A model generated the notes under the pieces. The model had not been told where the DNA came from. It saw only the letters and a list, made by a program, of their open reading frames with translations, and did not search any database. From an uncultured delta proteobacterium (GTDB taxonomy: Bacteria; Myxococcota; Myxococcia; Myxococcales; Myxococcaceae): a stretch of DNA of 64,000 nt. The translations under genes were made by a program, and so were the position numbers. Each line of letters starts with the position of its first letter. Positions within the stretch are counted from its first letter, which is position 1. The DNA lies in contig CAWCKH010000001.1 in assembly GCA_963796055.1 (NCBI GenBank), positions 1 to 64,000 on the forward strand, given 5' to 3'. This document shows, piece by piece, positions 36,815 to 45,565 of the stretch.

Positions 36815-37907
36815 AGCAGCGGAGCGCGTCCAGCTCGTGGATGGGCGAGACCTGGACGATGGCCTCCACCGTCCGAAGCCCGTCGATGCGCGAGAGCAGG
36901 TAGCGCTCGGGGGCGCTGAGCGGCATCTGTCGCACCAGCCCCGTCGACACCTTGAGCCGGGGCACCTTCCCCCCGTGGACCAGCTCGGCCTTGAGCTGAT
37001 CGGCCAGCGCCGCCTCTGCCTGCCGGAGGAAGTTGGCCGTCTGCGCCGACGGGGAGACCTCGTAGGCGCGCCGGGCCAGGGCGGCCGCGTCGGCGACGTT
37101 GCCCGAGGCATAGAAGGCCTCGGCGGCACGGAGAATCTCCTCGGCGCCCTGCTCGGTACCCAGGACCTCCGGGACCTCGGTGGGGACGGTCGGCGACTCG
37201 GTGGGGACGACCGATACTGCCCCCAGCCGATGCAGGGCGAACAGCCGCTGGTAGAGGAAGAAATCCGTGGAGTGGAGCGCCAGCACCAGGTCGTCGATGC
37301 TGGCGCCGTCCTCGATCAGCGTGTACAGCCGGTCGTCCAGGCTTCCGGGCTCGGGCGGGCCGGCGAGCTGGTCGCGCTCGAGACGCAGCCGCACCCGACC
37401 GGTGGGGAACACCTCGCGGATGGCCTTCCAGGCGGTCCCGCGGAGATCCGCCTCGCGGTGCACGTCCAGCAGGCTCACGCTGATGTCGAGCCCCTGCACG
37501 GTGGTGGGGGTCTCGCCCGGGGTGAAGGTGAACCGCCCCTCGGTCCAGTCGAAACAGCCCAGGAGGGCCTCGCGGAACTTGAGCGAGAGCGCGTTGCGGA
37601 TGGCGTCCTCGGGCACCTTGCCCGAGTCGACGAGGATCTTCCCCAGCGCGACCTTGGTGGCCAGCTGCTGCTGGAAGGCCTGCGTGTATTCGTCCTCGGT
37701 GATCATCCCCATGTTCATCAGGAACTGGGCGAGGTACTCCCGAGGGGCATTGCTCCCGGCCTGGATGACCGCGCCTTCGCGCAGGACGACCTGATGGCGC
37801 TCGTCCGGCCGCTCCACGACCAGGGTGCCCGTCGCCTTCCGGTTGCCCAGGTAGGCCACCAGGTCCCGGAGGGGCATCGTCGCAAGGTCGCCCAGAAGCC
37901 CGCGCAT
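36774..37907 (-). CDS. DUF4388 domain protein
   Basis: G.L....L.DL...L.....TGTL.V, LG.ILV..G and F.W..G.F.F; C-terminal winged-helix-like end. Confidence 0.85.
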   Translation of the reverse strand: MRGLLGDLATMPLRDLVAYLGNRKATGTLVVERPDERHQVVLREGAVIQAGSNAPREYLAQFLMNMGMITEDEYTQAFQQQLATKVALGKILVDSGKVPEDAIRNALSLKFREALLGCFDWTEGRFTFTPGETPTTVQGLDISVSLLDVHREADLRGTAWKAIREVFPTGRVRLRLERDQLAGPPEPGSLDDRLYTLIEDGASIDDLVLALHSTDFFLYQRLFALHRLGAVSVVPTESPTVPTEVPEVLGTEQGAEEILRAAEAFYASGNVADAAALARRAYEVSPSAQTANFLRQAEAALADQLKAELVHGGKVPRLKVSTGLVRQMPLSAPERYLLSRIDGLRTVEAIVQVSPIHELDALRCFKGFVEQGLIELR

Positions 37908-37926
37908 GGGCGCTAGTGTCACAGGC

Positions 37927-38172
37927 GTGACGGTCCGGATCTACACGAAACCCCGCTGCTCGCTGTGCGACCAGGCGCGCCGGGTTCTCGAGGAGCTCCA
38001 GACCCGGGTCACGTTCGTCCTGGAGGTCCTGGACATCCGGGAGCACGCGGACACCTGGGAGCGGTACCGACATGCGGTCCCGGTCATCACCCTCGACGGC
38101 GAGGAGATCACCCGGCTGCATGTCGACGCCGCCGCGCTCGAGACCCGGCTTCGTGGCACGGGCGTTGCCTAG
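37927..38172 (+). CDS. Glutaredoxin-like (DUF836) protein
   Basis: IYTKP.CSLC..A, DI, Y...VPV...DG. Confidence 0.85.
   Translation: MTVRIYTKPRCSLCDQARRVLEELQTRVTFVLEVLDIREHADTWERYRHAVPVITLDGEEITRLHVDAAALETRLRGTGVA
38154..38169 (+). promoter_or_regulatory. Putative sigma54 promoter of the REC-GGDEF gene
   Basis: TGGCACGGGCGTTGCC, a near-perfect TGGCACG-N4-TTGC, inside the 3' end of the glutaredoxin gene. Confidence 0.65.
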
Positions 38173-38255
38173 GGCACCCCCGTCGCCCGGTCCGGGCGAG
38201 CCGAAGCCTGAACTTCTGACGGGCGCCGGGCGAAGGCGACCCTGGAGAAACGACC

Positions 38256-39167
38256 GTGGCCCAGCACGACCTACACACGCCCCGGGTGATGGTGGTCGAC
38301 GAGTCCGGGGCGGCGCGCACCCAGATGGGCGAGGCGCTTCGCGCTGCGGGGCTGCACACCGTTGCCCTGGGCAGCGCGGAGGCCGCCCTTCCGCTGTGGA
38401 GCCTGTTCCGGCCTCAGGTGGTGCTGATGGCCGCGCACGCGCCGGCGTTCGCCTCGGTGGCGATCGCCCGGCGGCTGCAGGCCCAGTCGAAGGGAGCGGT
38501 GCCCTTCGTCTACCTGCTCGATGCGCCGGACCCCGAGCTCCGCCTGCACGTGCTCGAGCGTGGCCACGGGGTGGATGCGCTCTGCAAGCCGCTCGAGCCG
38601 CGGGAGCTGGTCGCGCGCGTCCGTGGGCTGCTCCGGTTCCGGGAGGGTGTCCGTCGCACCGCTCCGGCAGACGACGAGACCAACGGGCTGCGTGACCGCC
38701 TCACCGGCATCTGGACCCGCCGGGCGATGACCGCCTTCGTCCACCAGGAACTGCGCCGTTGCGAGCGGCACGGCGGCGGGTTCGGCGTCCTGGGCATCGA
38801 GCTGCAGGGGTTCCGCCAGCTCCGGCAGGCGTTCGGCCGTGGCATGGCCGACCGGCTGGTGCTCTACGCGAGCACGGTGCTTCTCCAGTTCAGCCGGGAG
38901 GCCGATGTGGTGGCCCGCATGGCCGACGACCGGTTCGCGGTGCTGCTCCCCTCCACGCCCCACGAGGGCCTGCCCTGGGTGCGCTCACGCCTCGCCGAGC
39001 GGTTCGAGCGCGCGCGCTTCCAGGTCGACGGGCACATCGTGCGAACCGCCGTCTCGCTCGGGTGTGCGGCGTTCCCCGAGGTCCAGGGCAACGCGCGGCG
39101 GCTGCTCACCGCGGCGTTCCAGCGGATCCCCGCAGCGGACGTGGTGCAGACCCCCGTGCTCAGCTGA
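38256..39167 (+). CDS. Pseudo-receiver + degenerate GGDEF protein (ActA-like)
   Basis: VMVVDE..KP receiver lacking the phospho-Asp (VVLMA); D.LTG, READ (RxxD) and ADDRF in place of GGDEF. Confidence 0.8.
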   Translation: MAQHDLHTPRVMVVDESGAARTQMGEALRAAGLHTVALGSAEAALPLWSLFRPQVVLMAAHAPAFASVAIARRLQAQSKGAVPFVYLLDAPDPELRLHVLERGHGVDALCKPLEPRELVARVRGLLRFREGVRRTAPADDETNGLRDRLTGIWTRRAMTAFVHQELRRCERHGGGFGVLGIELQGFRQLRQAFGRGMADRLVLYASTVLLQFSREADVVARMADDRFAVLLPSTPHEGLPWVRSRLAERFERARFQVDGHIVRTAVSLGCAAFPEVQGNARRLLTAAFQRIPAADVVQTPVLS

Positions 39168-39624
39168 CCCGCCGCGCCCGGGTCTTCCTGCCGGCCGCCT
39201 GCTTCGGCGCCCTCCGCTCCCGTGACAGTGCCAGCACCCGGGCGTAGTCGGCAGGGGTGACCGGCGCGACGCTCAGCCGGCTCCGGGTCAGCAGCGGGAA
39301 GCTGCGGAGCTTCGGGTCGGCGCGGATCCGCTCCAGGGTCACCGGCGTGGCCAGAGGCTCGACGGGCTCGACCTCGACCGAGGCCCAGTCCTCGCCGGGG
39401 GCGGTGGGATCGGCCCGGGCGACGCGCGAGACCCGGGCGATGCCGACCACCGCCTTCTCCTCCGTCGAGTGGTAGTAGAGGCAGCGGTCTCCCAACGCCA
39501 TCGCCCGGAGGTTGTTGCGGGCCTCGAAGTTCCGGACGCCGGTCCACTCGGTCCGGCCGTCGGCCTGGAGCCGGGCGAAGGCGTAGGCGGAAGGTTCGCT
39601 CTTGATCAGCCAGTGGGCGGGCAC
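39160..39624 (-). CDS. EVE domain protein
   Basis: WLIKSEP, W.GVRN..ARN.L..M..GD..LYYHS and RLSV.PV. Confidence 0.92.
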   Translation of the reverse strand: MPAHWLIKSEPSAYAFARLQADGRTEWTGVRNFEARNNLRAMALGDRCLYYHSTEEKAVVGIARVSRVARADPTAPGEDWASVEVEPVEPLATPVTLERIRADPKLRSFPLLTRSRLSVAPVTPADYARVLALSRERRAPKQAAGRKTRARRVS

Positions 39625-39660
39625 GGGGCGGGCGAGACTAGCGCCCCGGCGTGTCCTCCG

Positions 39661-39876
39661 TCATGCGCTGACCTTGGTCTCCGGAGCAGGCGCGACCTCG
39701 GTGTTACGGGCACCGAGGAACTGGTGGCCGAGGAGCTGGCTCGCGGCCATGAGGCCGATGCCCACCAGCCCGAGGGCGGCAGGCTCCGCGTAGCCCCCCA
39801 GCAGCGTCCCGAGGACCGTCATCGCCGCCCCTCCCATCGTGAACGAGACCACCGCCGCCGCCGCCGCCTTCCACAT
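39661..39876 (-). CDS. 71-aa membrane microprotein with a PEP-CTERM-like motif
   Basis: GGGAG RBS; MWKAAAAAVVSF... followed by YAEPAALGLVGIGLMAA. Confidence 0.55.
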   Translation of the reverse strand: MWKAAAAAVVSFTMGGAAMTVLGTLLGGYAEPAALGLVGIGLMAASQLLGHQFLGARNTEVAPAPETKVSA

Positions 39877-40117
39877 AAGACTCCCGCCGCCTCCCTCGCC
39901 CGACCCTGACTGCGCGCGGAAGCTAGGGATCCGTTCGGCGTTGTGCAGCGCAAGCCCTTCGCGCGCGCGGCGCGACTGTCGTGCGGCTCGACACTCGCGC
40001 TCGCGCGTCCAGCGAGCGGACGTTGCCGTCCGCTCCACGGGCGGAACTTCTTACGGCCTCGGGCATGGCAGGTCGGCACGTTGCGGGACTTCCCGCGGGG
40101 TTGGCGCGCTCACCGGC

Positions 40118-40133
40118 TGGCACAGCCGCTGCT
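40118..40133 (+). promoter_or_regulatory. Putative sigma54 promoter of the polysaccharide operon
   Basis: TGGCACAGCCGCTGCT (GG-N10-GC). Confidence 0.55.
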
Positions 40134-40172
40134 ACCTCGCCCGGCGTGCAGACGACACGGGTTGGAAGGTGG

Positions 40173-40730
40173 ATGGGGAGCCTCCTCGCGGGGCTACTGG
40201 TGCTCGGCGGCTGCGCACACGAGCAACCGGCCCCACCGGTCGCGGCAGCCGAGGAGCCGTACCGGATCGGGAAGGAGGACGTGCTCGACGTCTCGGTGTG
40301 GCGGGATCCAGATCTGTCGCGAACCCTCCCGGTCCGCCCCGATGGCTTCATCACCCTGCCGATGGTGGGGGAGATGCAGGCCGAGGGGCGGACGACGGTG
40401 GAGCTGGAGCAGGACATCGCCCGTCGGCTCGAGAAGTACATCCAGAGCCCGCGGGTGACGGTGATGGTCCGCGAGGTCAACAGCGCCCGGGTCTTCGTCA
40501 CCGGAGAGGTGCAGAAGCCCGGGGCGTATCCGCTCCGGGGCAACGTCACCGTGCTCCAGGCGCTGGCGATGGCGGGAGGACTGACCGAGTTCGCGGACCG
40601 GGACGGGATGACGGTGATCCGGGCCAACAACGGCCCGCGCATCGCGGTGCGGTACTCGGACCTGGTCGACCGCCGGACACAGGGGGCGGATTTCCCGCTG
40701 CAGCCCGGCGACACGGTCGTCGTGCCCTGA
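40173..40730 (+). CDS. Short OPX/Wza-family lipoprotein (ExoA-like), lacking the OM helix
   Basis: Lipobox LGGC; YRIG..DVL.V.VW, VRPDG.I.LP..G, V.V.GEV..PG; ends at GDTVVVP. Confidence 0.9.
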   Translation: MGSLLAGLLVLGGCAHEQPAPPVAAAEEPYRIGKEDVLDVSVWRDPDLSRTLPVRPDGFITLPMVGEMQAEGRTTVELEQDIARRLEKYIQSPRVTVMVREVNSARVFVTGEVQKPGAYPLRGNVTVLQALAMAGGLTEFADRDGMTVIRANNGPRIAVRYSDLVDRRTQGADFPLQPGDTVVVP

Positions 40731-40742
40731 GCGGATCCCGCC

Positions 40743-41939
40743 GTGGGCCTCCCGACGAGAGCAGCGGTGGCCATGGTGGGGCTGCTCGCGCTGGCTGCCC
40801 TGCCCGTCCGGGCCGAGATCCGGACCGAGCTGCGTTCCGAGCGCTCCGAGCCGGTGGAGCCCATTCTCCGGCTGGCCATCGAGCAGCGCTACGACGACGA
40901 CGTGCTGCTCACCGGAGGGCAGGACGCTCCGGGTGCGTTCCTGACCAAGTTCATGCCGCAGCTGGGGCTGCGGCTGAACCAGCGCACGCTCAAGTTCGAG
41001 GGCTTCTACGGCCCGGACCTCCTCTACCGGAGCACCGGGGGACAGCTCGACGTGGACCACCGCGCCGCGCTCGAGCTGCACACCGACGCTTCCCGCACCG
41101 CGCACATCGATGCGCTTGGGCAGTTCTGGGACACCTCCGACCCGCTCTCGCTCCCGCGGCAGGGCCTGGCGAGGACCCTGGCCCGCACCGTCTATGGTCG
41201 GGCCGAGCTCGGCTGGCGGCAGCGGTTCGCCCCGCGGTGGAGCTTCCTGCTCGGCTATCGCTTCGAGGGGGCGAAGGTCGACGAGCCCGACCACCCGGCC
41301 GGGTTTCTCAACTCGCCGTCGATCGAGGTCGACTATCGGCTGACCCGCCGCGCGGACATCGGGGCCGATTACCGCTTCCAGCTCTTCAACTTCGGGAGCA
41401 CCAACGCCGTGGCCCACAGCCCCGGCCTGGTCTGGAAGTACCGGTTGAGTCGCTCGGCCAACATCAAGGTCTCGGGCGGCGCGGCCTTCTATTCGGAGCA
41501 CCAGGATCCGGCCAAGAACGGCATCGTCCCGCGGTTCGAGATCGATGTCGCCCAGCGAATCACCAAGCGCCTCGACTGGATCTTCGCGGTGGGGCACGAC
41601 CTGGTCGGGGCCAGCGGGTTCAGCACTGCCGTGTGGGCGGATTACGCCAGCCTCACGCTGAGCTGGCAGGTGCTCGAAAAGCTGCGGCTCTTCAGCTACG
41701 GCAGCTTCTTTCGAAACGGTCCCATGCCCAACGTCGGGGTGTTCCCGTTGAAGGTGAACCAGGAGATGGGCGTGGCGGCCGGATACGGCCTGGGAGCGGG
41801 TGCGGAGTGGCGCTTCAACCGGAACGTGGCGATCCAGGCCAGCTACGACCGGCTCGACCAGGTGGGAAGCGTCGACCCGGCGCAGACCAGCCTGACCCGC
41901 AACATCGTCGCCGCACGGCTGACGGTGGATGCGTTCTGA
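40743..41939 (+). CDS. Outer-membrane beta-barrel protein (ExoB-like)
   Basis: Signal peptide, many amphipathic aromatic-flanked strands and a C-terminal Phe. Confidence 0.75.
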   Translation: MGLPTRAAVAMVGLLALAALPVRAEIRTELRSERSEPVEPILRLAIEQRYDDDVLLTGGQDAPGAFLTKFMPQLGLRLNQRTLKFEGFYGPDLLYRSTGGQLDVDHRAALELHTDASRTAHIDALGQFWDTSDPLSLPRQGLARTLARTVYGRAELGWRQRFAPRWSFLLGYRFEGAKVDEPDHPAGFLNSPSIEVDYRLTRRADIGADYRFQLFNFGSTNAVAHSPGLVWKYRLSRSANIKVSGGAAFYSEHQDPAKNGIVPRFEIDVAQRITKRLDWIFAVGHDLVGASGFSTAVWADYASLTLSWQVLEKLRLFSYGSFFRNGPMPNVGVFPLKVNQEMGVAAGYGLGAGAEWRFNRNVAIQASYDRLDQVGSVDPAQTSLTRNIVAARLTVDAF

Positions 41940-41949
41940 CGGAGAGACG

Positions 41950-43356
41950 ATGGATCGAGGACTGACCGCAGACGACGTGGCGAGGGCGCTCGGGCGGCGG
42001 CCCTGGGTGGTGCTCGGCGTCACCGCGCTGGTGCTGTCGGTGGGGACCGCGTACGTGCTGACCCGTCCCCGGGTGTGGAAGGCGACGTCGGTGGTCCGGG
42101 TCGAGCCGCAGCAGACCGACGCCCAGCTGGTGCAGCGCACCGTGGGGGACGTCGAGCCGCGGCTGCTGAGCCTCCGCCAGGCGATGCTCGGCGGGCCGGT
42201 GCTCGGCCGGGTGGTGGACCAGCTGAAGCTCTACCCGGATCTCGTATCCCGGCGTGGCAAGGAGGCTGCCATCGAGCAGCTCCGGGAGGCGATCGACGTC
42301 AAGCCCACCTGGAACGCGTTCGAGGTGACGGTGAGCGCCGGGAATCCGAAGCAGGCGGCGGACGTCGCCAACCTCGTTCCCACCGTGTTCGCCCAGATCA
42401 CCAACGAGACCCGTGCCTCGCAGGCCGCGGACGCGACAGGGGTATTCGATGCCCAGGTGAAGGAGCTCCAGGATCGGGTGAACGGCTGGCAGCAGAAGAT
42501 CATCGCCTTCAAGGTGGCGCACGTCGGTGAGCTGCCGGAGCAGATGGAGGCCAACATGCGCCAGCTGGATCGCCTCTCCGGAGAGATCCGCGCCCGCACC
42601 GAGCAGCTCCGGGCGACCGAGGCTCGCCGCAGCGACCTGGCCCTGCTGCGCAACGGAGGCGACACCGAGGTCGGGCGCGCCCAGATGGTGGTCGATCAGC
42701 TCGAGCAGCAGCTGGCGGGGGCGAGGACCCAGTACACCGAGGACCACCCGGAGGTGGTGCGCCTGACCCGCGAGCTGAAGGCCGCGCGGGGCCGTGCCCG
42801 CGAGGCCGACGCGCGGCTGGGCGTGCAGCGCGACGAGCGGACCCGGGCCAGCCGCGAGGCGGCGGCGATCCAGCGCGACGTCGACGGGCTGGAGAAGGAG
42901 ACGAAGACCTACCAGGACCGGCTGGACCGGACCCCGCGGTGGGCGGCGGAGCTGGCCGGCCTGGAGCGGGAGTACGACATCGCCCGAACCAAGTACCAGT
43001 CGGTGCTGGGGCGGAAGGTGGAGGCGGAGATCGCCCAGGACATCGAGGCCCGCAACGCGCCGCGCCTGTTCAGCCTGGTGAGCCCCGCGGCGCCACCGGT
43101 GGTTCCCGCCAAGCCGGATCGCTTCGGGGGGCTGATGGTGGTGCTGGTGGCTGCGCTGGGGGCGGGGGTGCTCTGTGGGGTGATGCTGGACCTGCGCGAC
43201 GAGACCTTCCACGACGCGCGGCAGCTGCGCGGCGAGCTGCCCTTGCCCGTCCTGGCCATCGTCCCGGCGATGAACGGGCGCACCGAGCGCCGGGTCCTCC
43301 TGCCGGCCTCCCCTCTGCGGAGCCCACCACCCCAGACGTCCGACAGCCTGAACTGA
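41950..43356 (+). CDS. Polysaccharide co-polymerase (Wzc-N/GumC, ExoC-like)
   Basis: Two TM segments, long coiled coil, Y..DHP.V and P..P..P before TM2; no kinase domain. Confidence 0.9.
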   Translation: MDRGLTADDVARALGRRPWVVLGVTALVLSVGTAYVLTRPRVWKATSVVRVEPQQTDAQLVQRTVGDVEPRLLSLRQAMLGGPVLGRVVDQLKLYPDLVSRRGKEAAIEQLREAIDVKPTWNAFEVTVSAGNPKQAADVANLVPTVFAQITNETRASQAADATGVFDAQVKELQDRVNGWQQKIIAFKVAHVGELPEQMEANMRQLDRLSGEIRARTEQLRATEARRSDLALLRNGGDTEVGRAQMVVDQLEQQLAGARTQYTEDHPEVVRLTRELKAARGRAREADARLGVQRDERTRASREAAAIQRDVDGLEKETKTYQDRLDRTPRWAAELAGLEREYDIARTKYQSVLGRKVEAEIAQDIEARNAPRLFSLVSPAAPPVVPAKPDRFGGLMVVLVAALGAGVLCGVMLDLRDETFHDARQLRGELPLPVLAIVPAMNGRTERRVLLPASPLRSPPPQTSDSLN

Positions 43357-43369
43357 GGATGAGACCGAC

Positions 43370-44119
43370 GTGATGCGAGAGAGCCAGATGATGAACGACG
43401 CCCGGACGGAGAACTTCCTCCACCGCGCCGACGGAACCTCGGTGAACCAGGCCCCGGTGAACGACCGGGTGGTCTCGCTCACCGCGCCCGGCTCGGTCGC
43501 CGCCGAGCAGTACCGGTCCCTCTACTACCGGCTGGAGCGGCTCAGGGATTCGCGGCCGATGCGCCTGGTGGCCTTCACCTCGGCGCTCTCCGGGGAGGGG
43601 AAGACGGTCACCGCGGTGAATCTGGCGCTCACCTCGGCCCGGGCCAACCCGGACCGGCGCATCCTCCTCATCGACGCCGACCTCCGCCGCGGGCAGGTGG
43701 CGGAGCTGCTCTCGTTCCGTGCCCGGCCCGGTCTCTCCGAGCTGCTGGTGGGCGACGCCGAGCTGCGCGAGGTGGTGCGCCGGTTCAAGGCCAACCGCCT
43801 GGCGGTCATTCCCTCGGGGCAGGCGTCGGAGGAGCCGACGCAGCTGCTGGCGAGCCCACGGATGAAGGAGCTGCTCCGCGCGGTGCGCGAGGGCTTCGAC
43901 GAGGTCTATCTCGACCTGCCGCCGGCGCTGCCGTTCGCCGACGCGTCGATCCTCGGGACGCTCTCCGACGCGGTGGTGCTGGTGGTGCGCGCCAACGCCA
44001 CCGCGGGCAAGCACGTGCACCAGGCACTGGAGCACCTGGCGGGAGCGAGCGTGGTGGGGTGCGTGCTCAACGGCGCAGCGCCGGCGAGCACGCCGTACCT
44101 CAAGTCGTACGTGCGGTGA
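43370..44119 (+). CDS. BY tyrosine kinase (CpsD/CapB, ExoD-like)
   Basis: AEQYR.L, TS...GEGKT, IDADLR, DLPP and C-terminal tyrosines. Confidence 0.92.
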   Translation: MMRESQMMNDARTENFLHRADGTSVNQAPVNDRVVSLTAPGSVAAEQYRSLYYRLERLRDSRPMRLVAFTSALSGEGKTVTAVNLALTSARANPDRRILLIDADLRRGQVAELLSFRARPGLSELLVGDAELREVVRRFKANRLAVIPSGQASEEPTQLLASPRMKELLRAVREGFDEVYLDLPPALPFADASILGTLSDAVVLVVRANATAGKHVHQALEHLAGASVVGCVLNGAAPASTPYLKSYVR

Positions 44120-44194
44120 GACCTGGGCGTCCGGAGGGTGGACGCGTGGGGTGGGGGAGGGCGGCGGCGGCGGCGGGAAGGGCGGGCAGGGGAG

Positions 44195-45565
44195 ATGTAT
44201 CGGGTCTTCAACCACTGGGTCTCTGGACGCAAGACGTTGCTCTTCGTGGCGGAGAGCGCGGCCATCGCCGCCGCCTGCGCCACCGGCGCGGTGATGCTGG
44301 CCCGGGCGCTGGCGGCGGAGAGCACGGCGAGCCGCACGCACCACGAGGGCCTCACCGCAAGCCTCCTGGTGCTCCTCTCGGTGGGCTTCGTCACCGCGTA
44401 CCAGGCGGCGCTCTACTTCCTCGACCTGTATGACCTGCGGGTGGCGGCGGAGGACCGGGGGCGCGGCGCACGGCTGGTCCGGGCGCTGGGGATCGCCGCG
44501 CTGTTCATGGCCATGGCGCTGACCGCGCTCCGCATCCGTCCCCCCGAGGGGGTGGTGCTCGGGGGCGCGTTCGGTGCGCTGCTGGGGGTGATCCTCGCCC
44601 GCGGTGTGCTGGGCAGCGCGCTCGCCCGTCCGACCCGGGTCCTGATCGTCGGTCAGGGTCCACGGGCCCACCGGCTGCTGGAGCTGCTGGACGGCGCCGA
44701 GGAGGCCACCGAGATCGCGGCGGTGGTGGACGCCCGCCGGCTAGGGCCGGGGAAGGAGAGCCTGCTCGACGTGGCGCGGCGGGCCCGGGCCGAGGCGGTC
44801 ATCCTCGCCACCGAGCGTGGACAGGAGCGCGCCACCCCGGAGGATCTGGCACGGTGCCGCTACTCCGGCGTCCGGGTCTACAGCGCGCCCCAGTACTGCG
44901 AGCGCATCCTCCGCCGCATCCCGGTGCACGTGCTGGACGGGGTGCAGTTCGCCACCGCCGACGAGCTCACCCAGGGACCGCTGCGGCGGGCCTGGAAGCG
45001 GGCCTTCGACCTGGTGGTGGCGACCGCTCTGCTGGTGCTGGCCGCGCCGCTGATGGTGGTGCTGGTGGTGCTGATCCGGCTCGACTCGCGCGGCCCGGCG
45101 TTCTACCGCCAGGAACGCGTGGGCCGGAACGGCAGGACCTACGACCTGTGGAAGTTCCGCAGCATGCGGCTGGACGCGGAGAAGAACGGGGCGGTCTGGG
45201 CACAGGCCAAGGACGACCGGGTGACGCGGGTGGGCCGGTTCATCAGGAAGACACGCATGGACGAGATCCCACAGGTCCTCAACGTCCTTCGAGGCGACAT
45301 GAGCTTCGTCGGCCCGAGACCCGAGCGGCCGGTGTTCATCGAGATCATCTCCCACGACGTGCCGTACTACGCGCTGCGCGAGGGAGTGAAGCCGGGCATC
45401 ACCGGCTGGGCGCAGATCCGCTACCCCTACGGTGCCTCGGTGGAGGACGGCCGCAACAAGCTGGAGTTCGACCTGTACTACGTGAAGAACGGCACCTTGT
45501 TCCTCGACGTCGCCATCATCTTCCACACCGTGCGGCACGTGCTGCTCGGTCGGGGGGCGCGATGA
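44195..45565 (+). CDS. Polyprenyl-phosphate sugar-1-phosphate transferase (ExoE-like)
   Basis: KR.FD, Q.RVG..G..Y...KFRSM, D.RVT.VGRF.RKTR.DEIPQ, GDMSFVGPRPE and KPGITGWAQ. Confidence 0.95.
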   Translation: MYRVFNHWVSGRKTLLFVAESAAIAAACATGAVMLARALAAESTASRTHHEGLTASLLVLLSVGFVTAYQAALYFLDLYDLRVAAEDRGRGARLVRALGIAALFMAMALTALRIRPPEGVVLGGAFGALLGVILARGVLGSALARPTRVLIVGQGPRAHRLLELLDGAEEATEIAAVVDARRLGPGKESLLDVARRARAEAVILATERGQERATPEDLARCRYSGVRVYSAPQYCERILRRIPVHVLDGVQFATADELTQGPLRRAWKRAFDLVVATALLVLAAPLMVVLVVLIRLDSRGPAFYRQERVGRNGRTYDLWKFRSMRLDAEKNGAVWAQAKDDRVTRVGRFIRKTRMDEIPQVLNVLRGDMSFVGPRPERPVFIEIISHDVPYYALREGVKPGITGWAQIRYPYGASVEDGRNKLEFDLYYVKNGTLFLDVAIIFHTVRHVLLGRGAR

